From Candidatus Methanoxibalbensis ujae (GTDB lineage Archaea > Halobacteriota > Syntropharchaeia > Alkanophagales > Methanospirareceae): DNA of 64,000 nt. This document shows, in pieces, positions 9,525 through 19,783 of this stretch. The stretch lies in contig JAOQIN010000006.1 of NCBI GenBank assembly GCA_026134085.1, forward strand, positions 193-64,192. The letters run 5' to 3'. Position 1 is the first letter of the stretch. Each line of letters starts with the position of its first letter. A program made the position numbers and the translations under genes. The notes beneath the pieces are model-generated. The model ran no database searches and was not told the origin of the DNA. It was given only the letters and a program-made list of their open reading frames with translations.

Positions 9525-10403
9525 ATGAGGGAGAACTTCAATGAGCGTGCAAACGCGCTCGCGATGGAGTATTGGAGATTGAAACATCTGCTGTCAAAAA
9601 AGGATGATGAGGAGAGACTTGAGGAGATAGAGCGGCTTCTGGAAAGAGGAATAAGTGGTAAATTGCGTGAAAGACTTGAAGCCGAAGCGCGTGTATTGAG
9701 AAAGGATAGGGAAGAAAGGATGAATGCAATGAAAAATCTTGAGATCATAAGCGGAGAATTGCTTGAGCTGACGGCAGAATTTGCACCTAATTTGGATTTT
9801 AATGGCAATTTCTTCCCGTATGACAGTGAACATGACCAGCTTTCTGAAGATTTTTTCAGAGCGATCACCGATATTTTTTTTGGAAACCCGTTGCGCAGAA
9901 TTGAACTGCGTGATGCTGTGTTCTCTTCTGAAGGCATAAAGGTGAATTCAGATGAATCACCGCTGCGCGTGCTCGACCGTGTGATTTCTCTCATACAGGA
10001 GACAGCGAAGAAGAAAATGGGCATGCAGAACTTGATAGACGACATATGGCGAAGGCTCAGTCAGAACGAATATGCGTTCATAGTTTTGAGCGTGCTCGTG
10101 TCCGCGGGAAGAGCGCTCAGCAAAGAGGAGATAAAGGAGATTTCATGCAGAAGGGACAGCGAATACAAAGAACTTGTGAAGGATTATGACAAAAAGCTGA
10201 TGGCTGCTCTGTCTTTCCTCGTGAGCGACGGCTGGGGTCATGATATAGTCCGTGAAAACGGTGGAAAATACGAGATCACCGGATTCGGCGAGTGGATATG
10301 GAAAGTATGCAACTCGGAAAGAGGTAAGAGAAACAGAAACTCTCAAAACAACGCAGACAGCATGAGCAGTATGCGCAGGATAGTGAGGTTTTTCAGAAGG
10401 TGA
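9525..10403 (+). CDS. Hypothetical protein: N-terminal coiled coil, C-terminal winged-helix-like region, basic amphipathic tail
   Basis: Long ORF with RBS (GAGGTGG); LSKEEI...KYEITGFG resembles wHTH; ends MRRIVRFFRR. Confidence 0.75.
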   Translation: MRENFNERANALAMEYWRLKHLLSKKDDEERLEEIERLLERGISGKLRERLEAEARVLRKDREERMNAMKNLEIISGELLELTAEFAPNLDFNGNFFPYDSEHDQLSEDFFRAITDIFFGNPLRRIELRDAVFSSEGIKVNSDESPLRVLDRVISLIQETAKKKMGMQNLIDDIWRRLSQNEYAFIVLSVLVSAGRALSKEEIKEISCRRDSEYKELVKDYDKKLMAALSFLVSDGWGHDIVRENGGKYEITGFGEWIWKVCNSERGKRNRNSQNNADSMSSMRRIVRFFRR

Positions 10404-10459
10404 GAACTCTCTTCTCATCTCTCATGTCTCATATCACATCTCTCTTCTTATCTCGTTTT

Positions 10460-10563
10460 ATCCATACTCGCTCTCCGTCAGTGAAATCTCTCTTCATCCA
10501 TCTCTCTTCATCCATATTCGCTCTCCGTCAGTGAACACCGTCAGAGAGAACCGTCAGAGAGAA
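10460..10563. repeat. Nested short direct repeats
   Basis: ATCCATA(C/T)TCGCTCTCCGTCAGTGAA x2, ATCTCTCTTCATCC x2, ACCGTCAGAGAGA x2. Confidence 0.75.
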
Positions 10564-10605
10564 CAGGAGAAAAGTGAAATGAATGATAATAAGTGATGAT
10601 AAGCG

Positions 10606-11442
10606 ATGAGGCTGAGAATGAGGAAGGGCATAGATAAGGAGAAAGTGATTGCATACAGGCGCTCAAAACTTTTCCCGTGGAATTTCATATTTGAGGATGT
10701 TGACGAGCGTGCGATAGAATATTTCGCTCCTTATGCTGTTCAGATTCTCGGCGGGAGGCATGATCAGAAAAAAGAGGAGAGTGCGCAGCGAAGCCTCAGG
10801 GAGCATGCTGAAGCTGGCGTTAAACGGGGGGTTTTTCACTCAGGAGGAGGCTCAGGTGCGGAGGAGCGTTCTGTTGACAAGGAGTATCTGAGGAGGCGCA
10901 TTCGTGAGGAGGTCAGCGCTGTGGTCTCTGATTTTTTGTTTGATACTGATGATGAGGATGCGATAAAGATGCACGGCGATTTTGCACAATTTTTTCCATT
11001 TGCATTCTCTCAGTGTCTCGTGCAGGCAATGCTTCACAGAATGAACATGAGGCTTGAAGATGTGATAGATGTGAATGCGATAAGTGAGTTGATGGGAACA
11101 AATGTGAATGAGATAAGGAGAAGGGAGGATTTGATAAGGGATCTGATAAACAAAAAGCGAAATTTGAACTTGTCCGGCAGGAATTTGCTCGGCAAAAAGG
11201 TGATGTCCGAGTCTGGTGAGTATGTGGGCAATGTGAGTGACATCATTTTTGACGATAAATCCGGCGTTATGAAAGGTCTGCGAGTTGCGGTGAAAGGTGG
11301 TGGGAGGCGTGTCAGCGAGAGGCTGAACAACGCGTTTGGGCGCGCTGGAAGCGTCCGCATGAGAGGGGGGGAGATTGAGATACAGATGCAGGAAGTGCGT
11401 TTCAATTCGTATAACTGCGGTTTTGTTTTGAAAGGTGTATAA
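10606..11442 (+). CDS. Protein with C-terminal PRC-barrel domain
   Basis: LLGKKVMSESGEYVGNVSDIIFDDKSG is the PRC-barrel signature. Confidence 0.8.
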   Translation: MRLRMRKGIDKEKVIAYRRSKLFPWNFIFEDVDERAIEYFAPYAVQILGGRHDQKKEESAQRSLREHAEAGVKRGVFHSGGGSGAEERSVDKEYLRRRIREEVSAVVSDFLFDTDDEDAIKMHGDFAQFFPFAFSQCLVQAMLHRMNMRLEDVIDVNAISELMGTNVNEIRRREDLIRDLINKKRNLNLSGRNLLGKKVMSESGEYVGNVSDIIFDDKSGVMKGLRVAVKGGGRRVSERLNNAFGRAGSVRMRGGEIEIQMQEVRFNSYNCGFVLKGV

Positions 11443-11592
11443 AAGAGCGAGCAAAAAAGAGCGAGCAACCGGAAGCAGGAGAGCGTGAGTTGGAAAGGGA
11501 TATTCCTGATGAGACAAATCTTTTATGTGTATGGGATGTGATTGATGTGAGGAGGGGGAGCAGGAATCCTCAGAGGAGTGAGGGGAGCTGAG

Positions 11593-12771
11593 ATGAAAGT
11601 ATTTGTGATCGGTTTTGGGCAGGCAGGTGGGAAAGTTGCAGATCTTTTCCTGAAATTTGACCGTGAAATGCGGATGAACTGCGTTGTGAGGGTTTTGGCG
11701 ATAAACACGGCAAAACCTGACCTTATGGGATTGGAACATATTCCGATTGAGGACAGGCTGCTCATAGGCGAAGCGATCACGAAAGGTCATGGCATAGGTG
11801 CTGACAACGAGCTCGGTGCAAAGATAACATCAGAGGAAATACACACGATACAGAGCGCGATAGACAGGAAAGGCACACATCTAATTGATGCTTTTCTCAT
11901 TATAGCGGGTCTCGGAGGTGGAACCGGTTCTGGAGGCGCCCCTGTTCTCGCACGCAGGCTGAAAATGCTGTATGATGAGCCGGTTTATGGACTTGGCATA
12001 CTTCCCGCACGTGATGAAGGCGGCTTATATGCGCTCAACGCAGCCCGCAGCCTGAAGACATTTGTGAAGGAGGTTGACAACCTGCTGCTGTTTGACAATG
12101 ATGCGTGGAAGCGTTCTGGAGAGAGTGTTGTGGAGGCACATAAATATATGAACATTGAGATAGTCAGGAGACTGAGCATACTTTTCGGTGCCGGAGAGTC
12201 GGATGTTGTTGGGGAGATGGTTGTTGATGCTGCTGAGGTCATAAACACGCTGAGAGGAGGTGGCATATCCGTCATAGGATATGCAGCGGAGGAGATAGAG
12301 GAGAACAGTGGAACGAGCAGTGGCGGAGGAATATTCAAAAAGGTGTTCGGCGGGAAGAAGAAAACGAGCATAGATACAATGGACGGTGTCACACGTATTA
12401 TGTCGCTCACAAAACGCGCAATTGTGGGAAGACTGACGATACCCTGCGATGTCACAACGGCTGAGCGCGCGCTCATAATAGTCGCGGGACCTCCGGAATA
12501 CATAAGCAGGAAAGGTGTTGAGAGTGCGAGAAAGCGCGTGGAAGAGCTTATAAGAGGGACGGAGGTCAGAGGTGGAGATTTCCCCATACCAAAGAGCAAG
12601 CATGTCGCAGCACTCACTCTGTTCTCCAATGTGTCTGATATTCCGCGTGTGAGAGAGCTTCAGGAAATGGCAGTTGAAGCGCAGGAGAAATTGAGGGAAA
12701 TAACTGAGGAGAAAGAGCGCGAATATAAAGAGCTGCTCGAGAGCAGGGAGGAGATAAAGCCTCTTTTCTGA
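11593..12771 (+). CDS. cetZ: Tubulin/FtsZ-superfamily protein CetZ
   Basis: IGFGQAGGK, AINTA..DL, GHGIGAD, GLGGGTGSGG, FDNDAW, VDAAEVINTL, VRGGDFP; amphipathic insert GIFKKVFG. Confidence 0.93.
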   Translation: MKVFVIGFGQAGGKVADLFLKFDREMRMNCVVRVLAINTAKPDLMGLEHIPIEDRLLIGEAITKGHGIGADNELGAKITSEEIHTIQSAIDRKGTHLIDAFLIIAGLGGGTGSGGAPVLARRLKMLYDEPVYGLGILPARDEGGLYALNAARSLKTFVKEVDNLLLFDNDAWKRSGESVVEAHKYMNIEIVRRLSILFGAGESDVVGEMVVDAAEVINTLRGGGISVIGYAAEEIEENSGTSSGGGIFKKVFGGKKKTSIDTMDGVTRIMSLTKRAIVGRLTIPCDVTTAERALIIVAGPPEYISRKGVESARKRVEELIRGTEVRGGDFPIPKSKHVAALTLFSNVSDIPRVRELQEMAVEAQEKLREITEEKEREYKELLESREEIKPLF

Positions 12772-12777
12772 GGAGGT

Positions 12778-13620
12778 GTGCACATGCGTGCTCTGGCAAT
12801 TGCTGTTGTTCTGATTGTTGTTCTGATTGTCGCAGCATCCGTGCCGCTCGCAGTGTCAACGGCTGAAAAATCAGTATTCATGAACAGCAACTTCTCCATA
12901 TATTTCAGGAAAAGTGATGCGCAGAATTTCTGGAACACCTACGGAATGCTGCTAAACGGCAGTGAGTTCACGGTTGAGGTTCTTATAACACCCACAAACT
13001 ACAGCAAAGAGCTCGGAAACACCGAACTGCACATTGAATCATATTTCATTGATAAAGGCGTTGAGCCCGCCATACTCATAGATGGCAGAAATGTTGAATA
13101 TCGTAACCCACTGCCCATAAATCCTGAGAACATAAATGAGATAAAAATACTGTTGACCGCCGAAGCGGTGAACAATGTGAAAATGAGAATGCCCATCACA
13201 CTGATAAAAATCACTCAGAGGACATCAGAAGGCGAGTATATGATTGAAAACAGGGAGACAAATGTGTCTTCATGGCTCATAGAAGAAGCAATAAAATATA
13301 TGGAGGAGGCAAAACAGAAGATAAAAGAGGCGGAAAAGATTGTGTCCGGACTTGTGAATGCGGAGAGAGAATTGGAGAACGCAAGATCACAGCTGAGCCA
13401 TGCTGAAAATCTCTACATGCAGGGAAAACCTGAGAGGGCACTGGAAGAGGCGAAGAGCGCACTTGAGAACGCGAAAATTGCTGTTGAAAGCGCGGGATCT
13501 TCGAGAAGAATGGGAGATGTCATGAGGTATGTGCTCGCCGCGGTTGTGCTCGTCATTGTGGCGGTTGTCGCATTTGTGTGGTTCAGAAAAAGACAGAGGG
13601 AGCGCGGCAAACTCGGATAG
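12778..13620 (+). CDS. Membrane-anchored protein (N-terminal signal/TM, coiled coil, C-terminal TM with basic tail)
   Basis: Hydrophobic N- and C-terminal segments, heptad-rich EAKQKIKEAEK...; RBS AGGAGG directly after cetZ. Confidence 0.8.
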   Translation: MHMRALAIAVVLIVVLIVAASVPLAVSTAEKSVFMNSNFSIYFRKSDAQNFWNTYGMLLNGSEFTVEVLITPTNYSKELGNTELHIESYFIDKGVEPAILIDGRNVEYRNPLPINPENINEIKILLTAEAVNNVKMRMPITLIKITQRTSEGEYMIENRETNVSSWLIEEAIKYMEEAKQKIKEAEKIVSGLVNAERELENARSQLSHAENLYMQGKPERALEEAKSALENAKIAVESAGSSRRMGDVMRYVLAAVVLVIVAVVAFVWFRKRQRERGKLG

Positions 13621-13686
13621 GCTTCATGCGTCATGATTTCGTCCCGTGATGTGATTCATGATGTCAGGGCCTGGAGATGATGACAT

Positions 13687-14454
13687 ATGTTGAGGACCCC
13701 AGCGCTTGTGTGTGTGTTGAGAAGTCTATCGGTGGAGAAAGCGTTGAATGCGATAATGCGAGGGGCTGATGCTGTTGAGCTGCGTGTCGACTTGCTCAGG
13801 AGAGATGAGCGAGATGTTGCGAGGGTGCGCGACTTTGTCAGCGTTTTTAAAGATTTCAGGTGTGATGCGCATGTCATACTCACAAATCGTGCTGCGGGTG
13901 AGGGCGGCAGTTTTGAAGGCACTGAGGAGGAGCGCATGAATCTGCTCGCCGAATTGATGGAGGTTGTTGATGCGGATGCCGTTGACGTTGAATTCATGGC
14001 GGAGCATGAGATGAGGTCGGAGATAATGAGGATCGCGCATGACAGAAACGCATCTGTCATACTCTCATTTCACGACTTCAGCGGAATGCCAGCCGCAGAC
14101 AGCATTGAAAATATGGCACACGAGATGCACGCAGAAGGCGCAGATATTGCAAAGATAGCGGTGACGCCCAAAACGGCTGAGGATGCACTCACACTCCTCA
14201 GGATAACACTGAAACTCTCTCACTCCTCTCTCAACGACTCTCTCAACGACAGAAGCGGCGCACATGCGAGAAATGCGAGAAATGAAAAGAAAGTTGCGAT
14301 AATAGGCATGGGAAGGATCGGAAAGCACACACGCGTCATTGCACCCATATACGGCTCAGCGCTCACATACGGATTTCCAGATGACGACGAGGAAGTTGCA
14401 CCGGGTCAGCTCAGCATATCAGCAATGAGAGGGATGCTCAACGCGCTTTCTTGA
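13687..14454 (+). CDS. aroD: Type I 3-dehydroquinate dehydratase
   Basis: ADAVELRVD, ILTNR...EGG, SFHDF, ADIAKIAV, IGMG, APGQL motifs. Confidence 0.92.
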   Translation: MLRTPALVCVLRSLSVEKALNAIMRGADAVELRVDLLRRDERDVARVRDFVSVFKDFRCDAHVILTNRAAGEGGSFEGTEEERMNLLAELMEVVDADAVDVEFMAEHEMRSEIMRIAHDRNASVILSFHDFSGMPAADSIENMAHEMHAEGADIAKIAVTPKTAEDALTLLRITLKLSHSSLNDSLNDRSGAHARNARNEKKVAIIGMGRIGKHTRVIAPIYGSALTYGFPDDDEEVAPGQLSISAMRGMLNALS

Positions 14455-14637
14455 TTTGTGCTGTGCTGTGCTGTGCGTTGGTGGATTTTTTGTCTTGTGT
14501 TTTTTCTTGTGTTTTTTCCTGTGTGCAACGGAAAATGGCTCGCTGATTCAATTATAAGCTTTCTATCTGAGTGAGCTGGTATCTGAGTGAGCTGGGTGTT
14601 CACTGTGAAAAAAATGAGGGAATAGGAGGATGAGGAA

Positions 14638-17622
14638 ATGGCAGAGAGGGAAGGAGGTAGGCGGCGTGAGGAGATTGATAGAGAGGAGAGAAGAGGAAGC
14701 ATAATGCGCATAGCCGGCCCGCTTGTTGTTGCGGATAACATGCGGGGCTGTGAGATGTATGAGGTGGTGCGTGTCGGTGATGAGGGTCTGATGGGCGAGA
14801 CAATACGACTTGAAGGTGACCTTGCATACATTCAGGTTTACGAGGACACCACGGGTCTCAAACCTGGCGAGCCTGTCATCGGAACTGGTGCGCCGCTCTC
14901 AGTTGAGCTTGGTCCCGGCATATTGAAAAACTTCTACGACGGCATTCAGCGCCCTCTTTCGGCGATAAAGGAGAAAGCAGGCGGCGATTTCATCACGAGA
15001 GGCATTTATGTTGATGCGCTTGACGCCAGTTGTAAGTGGGATTTCAAGCCCACAGTTGATGAAGGCGCTTCAGTTGCTGGTGGCGACATAATAGGCGAAG
15101 TGCAGGAAACCAAAGTAATTACACATCGCATACTCGTGCCTCCGAGGATTGAGAGAGGAAAGCTTCTGGAGATAAGGAGTGGAAAGTTCACGGTTAACGA
15201 TGTCATCGCCCGCATTGAGACAGAAAGCGGCAGGGAGATAGAGTTGCGCATGAAACATCGCTGGCCCGTTCGCAAAGGCAGACCTTACAGGGAAAAGCTT
15301 GACCCCACAGTCCCTCTTCTGACAGGTCAGCGCGTGTGCGACACATTCTTTCCGATGGCAAAGGGAGGGACAGGCGCAATACCCGGCGGATTCGGAACGG
15401 GAAAATGTGTAACTGGCGACACACCAGTCCTGCTCGCTGACGGAAGCATAAAGAAAATAAGGGAGATATATGAGGCAAACAGGCTCAAAGGAGAGAGAGA
15501 GGAGCTCAAAGGAGAAAGAGAGAGGAGAGAAGAGAGAAGAGAGAGAGAAGAGAGAGGAGAGAGAAGAGAGAGAAGAGAGGGAGAGAGAGAAAAAAACGAG
15601 GAGATAACATTCCTCACGCACAAAATAGGAGTTTTCTCGCTCAACACTAAATTGAAAATTGAAAGATCGTGTGCAAATGCTGTCTTCAAAGGCAGAACAG
15701 ACAGAATATACAGAATAAAAACAAAAACTGGCAGAAAAGCAGAGGTGACACCGTCTCACAGGCTTTTCGTCCTCAGGAATGGAGCTGTGTGCGAAGTGCC
15801 GGCAGCATATCTGAAGGTCGGAGACCTCATGTTATTACCGAGAAGAATACCATTCTGTGAGCTGCAGCACTTGCGCATTGCGGGGAAACCTTTTGATGGT
15901 GATTTCGCAGAATTGATCGCATTCATCATCGCTGATGGCAAATTGAGAGGAGAGGACATCCTCTTTTACAGCGATGAGAGGCAGTTGATTGAGCGTGTGG
16001 CATCGTTGATCAAGCGTCTTTTTGGAGTTTCTGCAGATGTATTTCGGAAAGGTGTGCGCGTGAGGAGTGCCGCTCTCGCAAGTGCGCTGCGCAGTATAAT
16101 CAGAGGTCACTGTGTTCCTGAGATTGTGATGAGGTCTCCGCTGCATGTGTGTGCGCGCTTCATATCAGCGCTCTTCGCATGTGAGGGAGTGATAAGATGT
16201 GATGAGGCACTGATAATCGGAAGCAGGGAGATGCAGCTCGGACTGAGCTATCTGTTGCTGCGCTTCGGCATCATGCACGCGCTCCGTGATATCTCAGGAG
16301 GAAAGGGAGCTGTGGTCATACATGACCTTCCCGAATTCCACGGCATGTTCAAGCCGGAATTCCCGTCTGAGAGGTTCAGGAAGCTTGAGGAGATTCTGGG
16401 CGGTGAGGCGAGACGATGTTGTTCTGCATATGTGTCCGCGGATGTGTTCCTGGATGAGGTTGTTGAGGTGGAGGAGATAGAGGGCGAGCTGGATGTTTAT
16501 GACCTGACAGTGCCTCTTTTCCACAACTTCATAGCGGGTTTCGGTCCGATGTTCCTTCACAACACAGTCATGCAGCATCAGCTCGCGAAATGGTCGGACG
16601 CGAGGGTCATCGTTTACATAGGATGCGGTGAGCGAGGGAACGAGATGACAGAGGTTCTTGAGGATTTCCCCAAGTTGATTGACCCATACAGCGGTGAAAA
16701 GCTTATGGAGCGCTCAACGCTAATTGCGAACACATCAAACATGCCCGTGGCAGCGCGTGAGGCATCCATATACACGGGAATCACAATCGCAGAGTATTAC
16801 AGGGACATGGGTTACGATGTCGCGATACAGGCGGATTCAACATCAAGATGGGCTGAGGCGTTGAGAGAGATTTCAGGCAAGCTTGAGGAGATGCCCGGCG
16901 AGGAGGGATATCCGGCATATCTCGCCGCACGCCTCGCGGATTTCTATGAGAGAGCGGGAAGGGTAAAAACTCTCGGAAGCGAGCCCCGCATCGGAAGTGT
17001 GACTGTTGTGGGCGCTGTGTCACCGCCGGGAGGAGACTTCTCAGAGCCAGTAACGCAGAACACTCTTCGTGTTGTGAGGGTTTTCTGGGCGCTTGACACC
17101 TCGCTCGCACACAGAAGACATTTCCCCGCAATATCCTGGCTGCGAAGCTATTCGCTTTATACCGAACACCTCAGAGAATGGTTCAGCAGGAATGTGGCAC
17201 CTGATTTCATAGAGCAGCGTGATGAGATGATGGCAATACTCCAGAATGAGGCGCAGCTTCAGGAAATCGTGCAGCTCGTTGGCGCTGATGCACTGCCCGA
17301 GCGTGACCGCCTCATTTTGGAGGTCGCTCGTATGATCCGTGAGGACTTCCTCCAGCAGAACGCATATCACAACATAGACTCATTCTGCTCGCTTGAAAAG
17401 CAGTATCTGATGGCTAAAATAGTATTGGAATGGTATGCAATGGCGAGAGATGCAATGGAAAGCGGCGTTGGAATTGCTAAAATAGCAAGAATGCATGTTA
17501 AAGATGTGATTGCTCGTATGAAATATGAGAGGAACGAGACATTCAGAGAGAAATATGAGGAGATAATGAGAGCAATGAAGGACGAATTTGAGCAGTTGAA
17601 GAGGGAAAGTGGAAAAATGTGA
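14638..17622 (+). CDS. atpA: A/V-type ATP synthase subunit A, intein-containing
   Basis: [22 protein letters not shown]-[intein]-[31 protein letters not shown]. Confidence 0.97.
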   Translation: MAEREGGRRREEIDREERRGSIMRIAGPLVVADNMRGCEMYEVVRVGDEGLMGETIRLEGDLAYIQVYEDTTGLKPGEPVIGTGAPLSVELGPGILKNFYDGIQRPLSAIKEKAGGDFITRGIYVDALDASCKWDFKPTVDEGASVAGGDIIGEVQETKVITHRILVPPRIERGKLLEIRSGKFTVNDVIARIETESGREIELRMKHRWPVRKGRPYREKLDPTVPLLTGQRVCDTFFPMAKGGTGAIPGGFGTGKCVTGDTPVLLADGSIKKIREIYEANRLKGEREELKGERERREERREREERGERRERREGEREKNEEITFLTHKIGVFSLNTKLKIERSCANAVFKGRTDRIYRIKTKTGRKAEVTPSHRLFVLRNGAVCEVPAAYLKVGDLMLLPRRIPFCELQHLRIAGKPFDGDFAELIAFIIADGKLRGEDILFYSDERQLIERVASLIKRLFGVSADVFRKGVRVRSAALASALRSIIRGHCVPEIVMRSPLHVCARFISALFACEGVIRCDEALIIGSREMQLGLSYLLLRFGIMHALRDISGGKGAVVIHDLPEFHGMFKPEFPSERFRKLEEILGGEARRCCSAYVSADVFLDEVVEVEEIEGELDVYDLTVPLFHNFIAGFGPMFLHNTVMQHQLAKWSDARVIVYIGCGERGNEMTEVLEDFPKLIDPYSGEKLMERSTLIANTSNMPVAAREASIYTGITIAEYYRDMGYDVAIQADSTSRWAEALREISGKLEEMPGEEGYPAYLAARLADFYERAGRVKTLGSEPRIGSVTVVGAVSPPGGDFSEPVTQNTLRVVRVFWALDTSLAHRRHFPAISWLRSYSLYTEHLREWFSRNVAPDFIEQRDEMMAILQNEAQLQEIVQLVGADALPERDRLILEVARMIREDFLQQNAYHNIDSFCSLEKQYLMAKIVLEWYAMARDAMESGVGIAKIARMHVKDVIARMKYERNETFREKYEEIMRAMKDEFEQLKRESGKM
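15406..16563 (+). mobile_element. Intein (386 aa) with LAGLIDADG-type endonuclease region, inserted in the AtpA Walker A motif
   Basis: Starts CVTGDT, block [21 protein letters not shown] and [10 protein letters not shown] motifs, ends VYDLTV..HNF...LHN followed by +1 Thr. Confidence 0.93.
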
Positions 17623-17624
17623 CT

Positions 17625-17705
17625 TTCTCCCCTTTTTTTTGTTTTTTTGTTTTGTTTTGTTTTATTTTGTTTTGTTTTATTTTTATTTTATTCTGTTCTG
17701 TTTAT
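17625..17705 (+). terminator. Long T-rich tract after atpA, probable archaeal terminator
   Basis: About 80 nt of oligo-T blocks directly after the stop codon. Confidence 0.55.
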
Positions 17706-17884
17706 TGCCGTAGAATAATCCCGCACCTGGCAAACTCCATTCTGTGCCTTCACTTCATCATCGCATGGAGAATAGGGTTTGGGCTTTCCTTCCTGCCACC
17801 CTGCCACACAGCAACAGCACAGCTTGCGACAGGCATTGCGACAACGGAATAATTAATAATAAAGAATGTGCGGGCGTAATTGAG

Positions 17885-19045
17885 ATGATGTGGATGGAGA
17901 AGCACCGTCCCAGGGAGATAGAGGAGATAGTTGGTCAAAAGCATGTGAAGGCCCGGGTGAAAGCGTTTCTGGACATGCGCACGGTGCCCAATCTTCTCCT
18001 CTACGGACCTCAGGGAACCGGGAAGACATCTCTCGCATTTGTGATTGCGCGCTCACTGTACGGCGATTTCTGGCATGAGAACTTGCTTTATGTGGAGTGT
18101 GCGGATTTCATTGAGCACAGAAAGGCATGGCTAAAACAGAATGAGCATTTTCGCATATTTTACGATGAATATAAATCCGCAGTTGAAATATTCAATCAAG
18201 TCATAAAGGAATATGCAGGAATTCCGCCTATGGATGCGGATTTCAGAATTATTTTTCTTAAAAATGCAGATTTATTGCCTGCTAATATACAACAATCACT
18301 TCGCAGAATGATTGAGAAATATAACAGAACATGCAGATTCATTTTTTCAGCGAAAATGCCCGCGAGAATTATACAACCAATAAGATCAAGATGCCTTCCT
18401 CTTCATTTCAAGCCGCTTGACAGGCAGAAAGAGCGCATTGAATCATTTTGTCCATTTTCTTCAAACAGTGAAATGCGCGGATATGAAATGGAGCGCGGAG
18501 AGGGTGACGGAGGAGAGTGTGAGAGAAGTGCACTGCAGCAGCTTCTTCTTCGCATATTCAGAAAGGAGGGTTTCAGTGTGACGGAGGAAGCGTTGAAGAC
18601 GATTGAGTATTGTGCCCGGTGTGCTGGCGGAGGAGCGGCAGATGCTGGCGTGGCAATATGCATAGGTGAGGCTGCAAGTGCAGTTGTTTCCTGTGATCTC
18701 ATAGATAAAAGTGCTGTGGAATCTGTTGCGGAGCACATCCTATCGCATCGTGAGCACATCAGAAGAATGCTGAACGCAGCATTTGAAGGAAAGGCGATCG
18801 CGGCGCAGCGCGGCGCTGATATCGGCGAGATATATGAAGAGATGCGGGAGTTGCTACGCGCGACAGGAACTGAAAGGGATTTTGCGAGGCTTTTCCTCCT
18901 CCTGTCCGAAACAGATTTTGATATCAGAGATGCGTTCAATGAGATCATTCATATTGAGCACATGCTTATGCAGTTCAGCAGAATATGCCGCCGGCGGAGC
19001 ATATGTAAGTTCAAAGCCACAGATGCAACTGCGCATTTTTTATAA
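17885..19045 (+). CDS. Replication factor C small subunit paralogue (RFCS2-like) with degenerate Walker B
   Basis: WMEKHRP, LYGPQGTGKT, IIFLKNAD instead of hhhhDE, QQSLRRMIE, IRSRC. Confidence 0.85.
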   Translation: MMWMEKHRPREIEEIVGQKHVKARVKAFLDMRTVPNLLLYGPQGTGKTSLAFVIARSLYGDFWHENLLYVECADFIEHRKAWLKQNEHFRIFYDEYKSAVEIFNQVIKEYAGIPPMDADFRIIFLKNADLLPANIQQSLRRMIEKYNRTCRFIFSAKMPARIIQPIRSRCLPLHFKPLDRQKERIESFCPFSSNSEMRGYEMERGEGDGGECERSALQQLLLRIFRKEGFSVTEEALKTIEYCARCAGGGAADAGVAICIGEAASAVVSCDLIDKSAVESVAEHILSHREHIRRMLNAAFEGKAIAAQRGADIGEIYEEMRELLRATGTERDFARLFLLLSETDFDIRDAFNEIIHIEHMLMQFSRICRRRSICKFKATDATAHFL

Positions 19046-19327
19046 AAAGTATTTTTATTAATTCACATGCCCCTGTACATTTTCGGGGAGGATGCTCGCA
19101 GATTTTTGAGGGCACAGGGCTCAAATCTCCGAATAAATGATGATTTCTGCATTGAAATAGATGAGCATGGGGAATGGTATGTGCGCGCTACAAAAAACAT
19201 TGTGAAGAAGATGATGGATAAGAGAAGGAGTGGTGGGGGGATTGGTGAGATATGCTTCATATTCCTACAATGACCGTTGAGAGAGAGCAGAGAGAGAGCA
19301 GACTGAAACTCTCACCACGACTTCAAA

Positions 19328-19636
19328 CTAACTGAGCTCATTTTTCAGCTCCTCAAGTCTCTGCAGCAGAGACTTGCCCTTTTCCGTTATCACATACTCC
19401 GAGGAGTTTTCATGCTCTTTTATGTATCCCTGCTCAACAAGCATGCTGAAATATTTCTGAAAATTGCGCCAATCAATGTTCGCATAATGCATTATATGCG
19501 TCTTTCTCATACTGCCGCCCTCGTTTAATCCGTAGAGTATCTCAAAGATAATATCCCATCTGCTCCTCCTCCTCCTGACTTTCCTCCCATATCTCATTTT
19601 CAAGCGCTGCTTACCATTTTCAGATCCGATGTCCAT
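19328..19636 (-). CDS. Winged-helix transcriptional regulator (archaeal HTH_45 type)
   Basis: RRSRWDIIFEIL, KTHIMHYANI, YVITEKG; start trimmed from the ORF track. Confidence 0.85.
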   Translation of the reverse strand: MDIGSENGKQRLKMRYGRKVRRRRSRWDIIFEILYGLNEGGSMRKTHIMHYANIDWRNFQKYFSMLVEQGYIKEHENSSEYVITEKGKSLLQRLEELKNELS

Positions 19637-19783
19637 ACGCTCATCTGGAAGAACAAACTGCATTGCAATAACAAGTATTAATAATAAAATATGAATATCA
19701 TCACATAAGTGCAGAGTGCACATCGGGAGCGAGGATGTCGGGAGAGGAGATACACATTTTTCTGCCCTCCAATATAAGAGGGG

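Noticed and set aside
10852-12783. Long antisense ORFs (312, 214 and 252 aa) over the CetZ cluster, and similar ones elsewhere
   Set aside because: Shadow ORFs opposite well-supported genes, with no domain motifs.
19067-19273. 68-aa ORF after the RFC-like gene
   Set aside because: No recognisable motif or clear RBS; cannot be supported without homology searches.
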